From a virus (Duplodnaviria; Caudoviricetes), in the IMG/VR virus record IMGVR_UViG_3300030330_003921, positions 1 through 26,877 of that record: DNA of 26,877 nucleotides, one strand, 5' to 3'. Within the stretch, counting starts at the first letter, position 1. Every line of letters starts with the position of its first letter. Below the pieces are notes generated by a model. That model was not told the DNA's origin, did no database searches, and worked only from the letters and a program-made list of their open reading frames with translations. Positions 14,111-21,454 of this stretch are shown one piece after another. The position numbers and the translations under genes were made by a program.

Positions 14111-14443
14111 TTACTCGGCCCACTCCTCAAGTTCGCCTCGGTCACCTACGTGATTGCGCCACCCTACGGGGAGACGCTTGGCAGGTTCCCAGCGAGCCTC
14201 GGAGGCCGACCAAGGCTCTTGCCCCTCGGTGGCGTCTGCCAGCTCGGGATACGTCTCAATCGCTTCCTCACGGGAGGCGAAGCCACTCACCATAGCAGCG
14301 ACCTGCCGCTCCCCGATTGAGAGGGCGAGCTGCTCGCTTGCGGTGCCGCCCACAATCCACCGCCGTGTCGGGTCGGGGTAGGTGGCGGCAGTCACTACGT
14401 AGTAGGTATCGGTCGGGCGGGTCATGATGTCTTCCTGAGTCAT
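14111..14443 (-). CDS. hypothetical protein (paralog of 13734-13946)
   Basis: FASREEAIETYPE motif; start reset to ATG 14443, 6 nt after TTGCGC-16-TATAAT (14477-14450). Confidence 0.75.
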   Translation of the reverse strand: MTQEDIMTRPTDTYYVVTAATYPDPTRRWIVGGTASEQLALSIGERQVAAMVSGFASREEAIETYPELADATEGQEPWSASEARWEPAKRLPVGWRNHVGDRGELEEWAE

Positions 14444-14678
14444 GGGGATATTATAGCTGATTTTAGCGTGGGCGCAAGCGGAATCGCACAAAAAAAACAT
14501 TTTTTTTGCCGCGCTGTCACCCTACCCGATTTCTGAGAAAATTAGGCACACAATATGTTGTAGTTTGCGCGGGGGAGTCCTTTATCAATCTATCACCCCC
14601 ATTTCTTGGAACGTGGTGAGCTGCGGAGGTTGTTGCTTTTGTTGTTTAAAAAAAATAGAAAGCCCATATAATTAAAAA

Positions 14679-14837
14679 GTGTTAGATGTTATAACAAGGT
14701 ATGTGCCATTAGTGGCTGGGATAATGTATACAGTTGTTGGCGTGGCGTATTTTGCGAAGAAGGATTATGGTTGGGGCGTGATATGGGTATCGTATGCTAC
14801 GGCTAATTTTGCGTTAATGGTAGTGGGCAACCAGTAA
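14679..14837 (+). CDS. 52-aa two-TM membrane protein (not in ORF track)
   Basis: GTG start; MLDVITRYVPLVAGIMYTVVGVAYFAKKDYGWGVIWVSYATANFALMVVGNQ. Confidence 0.55.
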   Translation: MLDVITRYVPLVAGIMYTVVGVAYFAKKDYGWGVIWVSYATANFALMVVGNQ

Positions 14838-14842
14838 AAAGA

Positions 14843-14850
14843 GTGTAATA
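14843..14850 (+). promoter_or_regulatory. putative phage late promoter motif GTGTAA(W)
   Basis: GTGTAATA starting 15 nt before ATG 14858; recurs at 15730, 16456, 21434 (+) and 3613 (-). Confidence 0.55.
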
Positions 14851-14857
14851 TGAGAAA

Positions 14858-15724
14858 ATGAGTCTCTCTTACGCTAATACCCCCGTATACATTGGTCAGA
14901 TAAACACAAGTGCTGTTAATACTGGCTTTACTGGGTCGATAGATTACATACCCGCAACAAATAGTGATGTATCATTCAGCACTAATCTTACCCCTAAGAG
15001 AAACTTAGGTATAGATGTCAGTGCTACGGATCAGCTTAATGTTGGAGGTGCATTGACCGCAAACATAACAATCAACTCTTTGCTTCATCCTAATTTAGAA
15101 GAGGGTTTTAGATACTTAAGTGGAACGGCTGCGGCACAGGATGCGTTTGTGCCTATCCAGATTGGAGAAAATCTATATAAAAAATGCTACCCGCAAAATA
15201 TAAACGTCAGTATTGAGCCATACCAACCCGCAAAAATAAGTGCTACGTTCACTAGTTTAGATCCACCAACTGGCACAAAACTATCTGGTGATAGTAGAGG
15301 AATAGCTCAAACAAAATTTATTCCTATTAGTGGCGATAGTTTGGTTTATGGTCATACCTGTTCTATTATAAACGCTGATGATGTGGTTGGTAATGTGCAA
15401 TCAAAAATTAGTTTCTCTAGAGATTATAGTCGAACGCCAGTTTATGGTATTGGCTCACCTGCCCCGACAAGTATGTTGCTCGACGGTATAGAGGAACAAA
15501 TGTCAATAACCTCTACTGGCTTGCAAAACTTTGTTAACTTAAGCGGCGATATCTTAAGCGCTAAGATACAAGTTTTGATAAAGGATGTAGATAGTAGTAT
15601 GAACGATTTGATGAATAAACTAGTTAATATGCCTGTAGGATCTAGAGTGATTTCGCAGAATGCTACGGCTTCACAAGGCGATACAGTGTCAACCACAGCT
15701 ACATTAAAAAATATTAAACTGTAA
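14858..15724 (+). CDS. putative virion structural protein (tail-tube-like, unconfirmed)
   Basis: 288 aa, S/T/N/I/V-rich beta-type composition; GTGTAA motif upstream. Confidence 0.5.
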   Translation: MSLSYANTPVYIGQINTSAVNTGFTGSIDYIPATNSDVSFSTNLTPKRNLGIDVSATDQLNVGGALTANITINSLLHPNLEEGFRYLSGTAAAQDAFVPIQIGENLYKKCYPQNINVSIEPYQPAKISATFTSLDPPTGTKLSGDSRGIAQTKFIPISGDSLVYGHTCSIINADDVVGNVQSKISFSRDYSRTPVYGIGSPAPTSMLLDGIEEQMSITSTGLQNFVNLSGDILSAKIQVLIKDVDSSMNDLMNKLVNMPVGSRVISQNATASQGDTVSTTATLKNIKL

Positions 15725-15744
15725 TTTACGTGTAATTATATTAA

Positions 15745-16461
15745 ATGCCACGTAAAAACACCTCTAGCATAGAGTTGACGCCGCACTTTCATCACAGTGT
15801 AAAATTTAAAGAGCGAGCTTTTAAATTCACAACTCGTCAAAAGAAATTTTTATCCACATTACTAGATCCTAGCGTCCAAATCTTTTTTGTTTCTGGTCCA
15901 GCAGGTTCAAGTAAAACCTATATGTCTTTATATGGTTGTCTGCGTCTTTTAGCAGAGAGTCCAGAAAAAGAATTGTTATACGTGAGAAGTATAGCGGAAA
16001 GTGCGGATAAAGGGTTGGGAAGCTTACCAGGAGATATAACAGATAAGTTTGATCCATTTTTGATGCCTTTGTATGATAAGTTAGATGAGATAATTTTCGA
16101 AGGTGATACTGCCTTCTTAAAACAAGAAGGGCGTATATCTGCCGTGCCAATAAACTTCCTGAGAGGTGCTAACTGGAATCAAAAGCTAATCGTAGCTGAC
16201 GAAGCTCAGAATTTCACTTTCAAAGAATTAACGACATTGGTAACGCGAATTGGAGAAGATAGCAAGTTAATTATTTGTGGAGATTTCATGCAGAGTGATA
16301 TTAATGGTAAAACTGGTTTTTCTGAAATGTTTGATATTTTCAAAGATGACGAGTCTTCTAATAATGGTATACATTGCTTTAAGTTCAATAAATCAGATAT
16401 TGTTCGCAGTAAAATTTTAAAGTTTATTATATCTAAATTAGAAACTTATAAAAAAGTGTAA
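15745..16461 (+). CDS. phoH: PhoH-family ATPase
   Basis: GPAGSSKT, LGSLPGD, P..FLRG, DEAQN, TRIGE.SK.IICGD..QSD, DIVRS. Confidence 0.95.
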   Translation: MPRKNTSSIELTPHFHHSVKFKERAFKFTTRQKKFLSTLLDPSVQIFFVSGPAGSSKTYMSLYGCLRLLAESPEKELLYVRSIAESADKGLGSLPGDITDKFDPFLMPLYDKLDEIIFEGDTAFLKQEGRISAVPINFLRGANWNQKLIVADEAQNFTFKELTTLVTRIGEDSKLIICGDFMQSDINGKTGFSEMFDIFKDDESSNNGIHCFKFNKSDIVRSKILKFIISKLETYKKV

Positions 16462-16577
16462 ATTATATATATAACAAGATTACACAGTCAACGCGAAAGC
16501 GGCGAACAGCTTAACTTAGGACTTAACAGTCTTGTTTTAATTGAAAAAAGTTAATTAAAATCTATAAATATATAGTG

Positions 16578-16916
16578 ATGAGCCATTTATTTTGTCATAG
16601 TTGCGGTAACAAAATGTCTTACGGTCTTGCAAAACCAAATTTTTGCAACAAATGCGGACAACAACTCAACAAAAGCGTCTCTGTTAATACAGCAGGTGCA
16701 GATTCTACAGTAAAAAAATCTGTAACGCTATCTGATAATGAGACAGACGCAGATTCTGTTCCGAATATCAGTCGTTTACAGGTAGAAATACAGCATGACG
16801 GTAATTTAAGAACTATAGGCTCATTGATTGGCGAAGAAAGCGCCCAACCTAAAGAGACAGTAAGGAGGTCTCGTTCAATTGATGAGTTTATTGATGAAAA
16901 GAAAAAAGAAAGGTGA
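16578..16916 (+). CDS. zinc-ribbon protein
   Basis: FCHSCG...KPNFCNKCG. Confidence 0.75.
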   Translation: MSHLFCHSCGNKMSYGLAKPNFCNKCGQQLNKSVSVNTAGADSTVKKSVTLSDNETDADSVPNISRLQVEIQHDGNLRTIGSLIGEESAQPKETVRRSRSIDEFIDEKKKER

Positions 16917-17601
16917 ATATACCTATGAAGATTTTTCTGACATCATAGACGCAGCTATAAAGAGGCAACAGTTTAAGTGGAGGTTAAATGCTGTCAAATG
17001 GTTCGACTTTGAGGATGTAGAACAAATCATAAAGCTTCACATTTCAAAGAAGTGGCACATGTGGGATCAAGAGCGCCCACTAGAGCCGTGGATAGGTAGA
17101 ATCATATCTAATCAACTACGAAACCTTATAAGGAATCACTATGGCAACTATGTAAGACCATGTGCTAATTGTAAATTCTCTGTAGGAGAGGGATGTTCGC
17201 TTACGAGAACAGAGAAGCAAGATTCAACATGCACTCTTTATGCAAAGTGGGAAAAAAGCAAGAAATCAGGCTTAGAGCTTAAGACCCCTTTATCAACAGA
17301 AGATTTTGTTCAAGAGGTAGAGGGAAGAAAATACGAGGGTTTCGATTTCGAGGCATCTTTGCAAAAACTAGATTCCTATATGAAGATTGAATTAACAGAA
17401 ATTCATTATCGTGCTTATAGGATGTTATACTTTGAATCAAAGACAGAGGAGGATGTGGCTAGGTTTATGGGTTATAAGTTATCGGCTCAAAAAAAGAAAT
17501 TGGGTTACAGACAAGTTAAAAACTTAAAAAAGAAGTTCTTACAGGTGGCCATAGAAATAATAAATGGACAAGATATTATAAGTGATGGATCTAACGAGTG
17601 A
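16894..17601 (+). CDS. phage RNA polymerase sigma factor (sigma70/ECF-like) with Cys-rich insert
   Basis: region-2-like DFEDVEQII...WDQERPLEPWIGRIISNQLRNLIRN; region-4 HTH LTEIHYRAYRMLYFESKTEEDVARFMG; start may be ATG 16882. Confidence 0.7.
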   Translation: MKRKKKGEYTYEDFSDIIDAAIKRQQFKWRLNAVKWFDFEDVEQIIKLHISKKWHMWDQERPLEPWIGRIISNQLRNLIRNHYGNYVRPCANCKFSVGEGCSLTRTEKQDSTCTLYAKWEKSKKSGLELKTPLSTEDFVQEVEGRKYEGFDFEASLQKLDSYMKIELTEIHYRAYRMLYFESKTEEDVARFMGYKLSAQKKKLGYRQVKNLKKKFLQVAIEIINGQDIISDGSNE

Positions 17602-18634
17602 ACAAAAAGATTTTCTAAAAGAGAACGCTCATAAGATTCAAAATCTAATAGAGCTTACCAGAAAATGTTTTGACGATGATAGTTTAGACGGAAGATCTAA
17701 ACAAGGTAGAGCTGTAAGAAAATACTTAGTAGAAAACGCTATAGATTATAAAACTCGATGTAGACAGCCAGCAGAGGTGATTGAGTTCAGCAGGGAGCAA
17801 GAAGAGTTTATTCTAAAGCAAGCAGAGGAAGGATTGTCGTCTTTACAAATAGCGCAGATAGTTTTTCCAGATAAATCAGTAAGACCACTCAGCGCCGAGC
17901 AAAGAGCCGTGTTGGCCAAGATAAGAGAGGTCAACCCCGACATTTTACCTTCTCAAGATAGTGGTGCGTTGCATTCATATATTTCACCGAAGTCTCCATC
18001 GAGAATCATCAAAAAAATCAATGATGCAACAGGTTTAGGTCTTGAAGAAGCTAGACTCAACAGACAGAAGCAAGTTTGTGTCGAAAAACTTGGCACTAAC
18101 CTTTCTAACTCAAGATTTTTGAAAATTATTAACAATTATCTCAATGAAGAGGATCGGGTGCTATTTGAACATGAATTTATACGTTTGACTTGGGATAAGC
18201 CTGATTTGACGGCTGACGAGATTAATTTATATTTAAATGTTTGTAAGGAGGTAATAAATCTTGAAGTCATAAGTGCTCATCTGAATAAGCTCAACAGTAT
18301 GTTCGATGAGGCCGATGAGCAACAAGAGATGTCTATACGTTTAGCTGAAATTATTAAAGCAAAGAGTGCTGAGTATCATCAATGCGAGACTAGGATAGAA
18401 AACCTTACTAAAAAGCTACAAGGTGACAGAGGCGAGAGGATGAAGAAGATGCAAAAAGAAAATGCGTCTATATTGTCTGTTGTCCAGTTATTTCAAGAAG
18501 AAGAAGAGCGAGCCAACATGGTTCGTATCGCGGAGATGCAGAAAGCGGCGGTAAAGACAGAAGCCGAGCGATTAGAGGGTATGGCTGAGTGGAAGGCTAG
18601 AGTTTTAGGGATTGGTCAAGAAGATGTCTTATAG
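17585..18634 (+). CDS. hypothetical helical/coiled-coil protein upstream of the terminase
   Basis: 349 aa; HTH-like segment (GLSSLQIAQIVF) and C-terminal coiled coil; small-terminase role possible but unproven. Confidence 0.6.
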   Translation: MDLTSEQKDFLKENAHKIQNLIELTRKCFDDDSLDGRSKQGRAVRKYLVENAIDYKTRCRQPAEVIEFSREQEEFILKQAEEGLSSLQIAQIVFPDKSVRPLSAEQRAVLAKIREVNPDILPSQDSGALHSYISPKSPSRIIKKINDATGLGLEEARLNRQKQVCVEKLGTNLSNSRFLKIINNYLNEEDRVLFEHEFIRLTWDKPDLTADEINLYLNVCKEVINLEVISAHLNKLNSMFDEADEQQEMSIRLAEIIKAKSAEYHQCETRIENLTKKLQGDRGERMKKMQKENASILSVVQLFQEEEERANMVRIAEMQKAAVKTEAERLEGMAEWKARVLGIGQEDVL

Positions 18635-19634
18635 TTGTAAAGAATGTGCCGAGTCTTTTGATTCTCTTAGAAGTTTACATGCTCACATCAAGAAGCATGG
18701 TAAATACGTAGGAGATTACTATGTAGAGCACTATCAAAGAAAAGACAAACTGACAGGAGATCTGATCCCGTTTAAAAAATACGATCAGTATTTCGCTACT
18801 GACTTCATCAACAAGCGGAACATGAAGAAGTGGTGCGTAACTGCACCCCGTGCAGAGGTAAAAGAATTTATAACAACAAAGCTCAAAGAAAAAATACAAG
18901 CCAAGGGCATGTCGGGTGGGCCACCCTCGCTTTATCTGCAAACTTCTAAATTGCCCGATGTAGACAGCTACAAAGATGTCTTCGGCAGCTACCACGAAGC
19001 TTGCACCCAATTTGGTATGTTGCCTATGCTCGGCAAGCAACTACCAAGTAATTTTTATGACGATTACTCACAAACGCCTATTTTAATTGATACTAGAGAG
19101 CAAAAGCCTTTGCATTTCGATAACAGTGAGTTTTTAAAATTAGATGTAGGTGATTACGGAGTTGGAGGTAATTTATATGACTATACATTCGTGGATAGGA
19201 AATCTTACCAGGATTTTTGTGCAACGGTCACAAATGGATATAACAGATTTGTCAAAGAGCTAGATAGATGCAGGTCCATAGGTTGCTACTTATTTATTGT
19301 GGTGGAGACAGCTTTTGACGATATGTGGGGTGAGAATCAGAGAGGCTACAAAAAATTTAATTTAGAATATGTGTTTCATAGAATGCGTGAAATACAGGCA
19401 GAGTATACAGACTGCTCACAAATTGTGTTCAGTGGGTCTAGACAGAAGAGTGAAGAGCTAATTCCTAAAATTCTTGTTTTAGGTAAAGACCTTTGGGAAG
19501 TAGACGTTCAATACTTCTGGAATCAACAACTAAAGAAAGATGGCTTGGCAAGAAGGCAAACAAAAACTAAACCGAGAGTTCAAGGATATAAACCAGCTAA
19601 TTCTAGAAAAAGAAGGATATCTAGAGGATACTGA
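18624..19634 (+). CDS. C2H2 zinc finger + ERCC4/XPF-type nuclease domain protein
   Basis: CKECAESFDSLRSLHAHIKKH; ILIDTREQKPL, LDVGDY, VDRKS..DF (ERKxxxD variant). Confidence 0.8.
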   Translation: MSYSCKECAESFDSLRSLHAHIKKHGKYVGDYYVEHYQRKDKLTGDLIPFKKYDQYFATDFINKRNMKKWCVTAPRAEVKEFITTKLKEKIQAKGMSGGPPSLYLQTSKLPDVDSYKDVFGSYHEACTQFGMLPMLGKQLPSNFYDDYSQTPILIDTREQKPLHFDNSEFLKLDVGDYGVGGNLYDYTFVDRKSYQDFCATVTNGYNRFVKELDRCRSIGCYLFIVVETAFDDMWGENQRGYKKFNLEYVFHRMREIQAEYTDCSQIVFSGSRQKSEELIPKILVLGKDLWEVDVQYFWNQQLKKDGLARRQTKTKPRVQGYKPANSRKRRISRGY

Positions 19635-21405
19635 AGCTAAGATATTGCTTTATAAGTTTCTAAGAGAGAATCCATCATTTGCTTGCGAATTACTGACTGG
19701 CGTAAAATTATTCCCTTTCCAACACATGGCTATCAAGGCCATGATGGAGTCCGACTACTTTTTGGGGATATGGAGTCGGGGTATGTCTAAAAGCTTCTCT
19801 ACGGGCATTTTCGCGCTATTAGACGCTATTCTTAATCAAGGTGTGCAGATAGGTATTTTGTCTAAGTCTTTCAGGCAATCTAAAATGATCTTCAAAAAAA
19901 TTGAGGATATATCAAAAAGCCCAAAGGCTACGTTCTTCGCTCAGTGTATCACTAGGGTTTCTAAGATGAATGATGAATGGGTCATGGAGATAGGTCGAAG
20001 TAGCATACGAGCGCTGCCATTAGGTGACGGTGAAAAACTGAGGGGATTCAGATTCCAAAGAATGATCATCGACGAATTACTCTTGATGCCAGAGAAAATT
20101 TACAACGAAGTTATTATCCCTTTCCTTTCTGTTGTAGAAAACCCTACCGAGAGGCAAGAGATATATGATTTAGAAACTCAAATGATAGAAAAGGGTCAGA
20201 TGGAGGAAGAAGACCGAAAAATCTGGCCTAATAACAAAATTATAGGTTTGTCTTCAGCATCTTATAAATTTGAGTATCTATATAAAATATATCAACAGTA
20301 TGAGGCTCTTATATTGAATGAGAACAAACAAGACGGAGCGCATAGAACTATCATGCACTTTAGTTATGACTGTGCTCCAGATCAGCTATATGATCAGAAC
20401 TTAATTAATCAATCCAAAGCAACAATGAGTGAGTCTCAGTTTGAGCGAGAGTTCGGCGCTATATTCACTGATGACAGCTCTGGATACTTCAAGGTGAGTA
20501 AGATGGCACAATGCACTTTACAAGACGGTGAAGGGCAATCTGTGGAGGTTATGGGTAATCCAAAGGATGAATACATATTAGCTTTCGACCCCTCTTGGTC
20601 AGAGAGTGAAAGTTCTGACGATTTTGCAATGTTGCTCATAAAGTTAAATAAAGAGTCTAGAAAAGGAACAGTTGTTCACAGTTACGCTTTATCTGGCTCT
20701 AGTTTAAAAACACACATAAAATACATGGCATATGTCCTGAGTCATTTTAATGTGGTGGCTGTTGTGGGTGACTACAATGGTGGAGTTCAATTCATCAACT
20801 CTTGTAACGAGAGCACAATATTCAAAGACAAAAACTTAAACCTTGGAGTCATAGAGGCTGAGTTAGACAAAGCTAAAGATTATGATAAGAATCTCCGAAG
20901 ATTAAAAAACCAATATAATCTATCACAAAAGAATATTGTTTTTCTAAGAAAACCCACATCTGCATGGATTAGATTTGCTAATGAATCTTTACAATCAGCC
21001 TTTGACCATAAAAAGATATTCTTCGCTGGGGCTGCTATGAACGATGATTACAACATCCAGCGCAAATCTAGGGTTCCAATAAAAGAATTAAAATTTTTGA
21101 GAAATGATCCTAATGCAAATGGTGGCGTAGGAGCAAGAATGATTGATTTTGTAGAGCATCAAAAAGACATGATGGATTTAATAAAAGTCCAATGTGCATT
21201 AATACAGATAACTACATCAGTTCAGGGCACTCAAAGTTTTGACTTGCCAGTAAGCTTGAGAAAACAAAAAGGAGCTGACAAGGCTAGAAAGGACTCATAC
21301 TCGGCTTTAGTTTTAGGTAACTGGTTCATGAACATATATTATGACATGCAATCAGAAGAAATAGGTAATGTTCAGACTACATTTACGCCAATGTTTATTT
21401 CTTAA
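19540..21405 (+). CDS. terL: terminase large subunit
   Basis: L.PFQ, Walker A-like SRGMSKS, LRGFR, Walker B MIIDE, LSSA coupling motif, F.REFGA.F, nuclease LAFDPS and KD.YSAL. Confidence 0.88.
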   Translation: MAWQEGKQKLNREFKDINQLILEKEGYLEDTEAKILLYKFLRENPSFACELLTGVKLFPFQHMAIKAMMESDYFLGIWSRGMSKSFSTGIFALLDAILNQGVQIGILSKSFRQSKMIFKKIEDISKSPKATFFAQCITRVSKMNDEWVMEIGRSSIRALPLGDGEKLRGFRFQRMIIDELLLMPEKIYNEVIIPFLSVVENPTERQEIYDLETQMIEKGQMEEEDRKIWPNNKIIGLSSASYKFEYLYKIYQQYEALILNENKQDGAHRTIMHFSYDCAPDQLYDQNLINQSKATMSESQFEREFGAIFTDDSSGYFKVSKMAQCTLQDGEGQSVEVMGNPKDEYILAFDPSWSESESSDDFAMLLIKLNKESRKGTVVHSYALSGSSLKTHIKYMAYVLSHFNVVAVVGDYNGGVQFINSCNESTIFKDKNLNLGVIEAELDKAKDYDKNLRRLKNQYNLSQKNIVFLRKPTSAWIRFANESLQSAFDHKKIFFAGAAMNDDYNIQRKSRVPIKELKFLRNDPNANGGVGARMIDFVEHQKDMMDLIKVQCALIQITTSVQGTQSFDLPVSLRKQKGADKARKDSYSALVLGNWFMNIYYDMQSEEIGNVQTTFTPMFIS

Positions 21406-21454
21406 CTTTTGAAAGTTGAAAGTTAACTTTGGGGTGTAATATAAATTACATCCT

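Noticed and set aside
16563-16570. TATAAATA (T4 late promoter consensus) before the zinc-ribbon gene
   Set aside because: Only one gene-proximal instance noticed, in very AT-rich DNA; GTGTAA is the recurrent motif.
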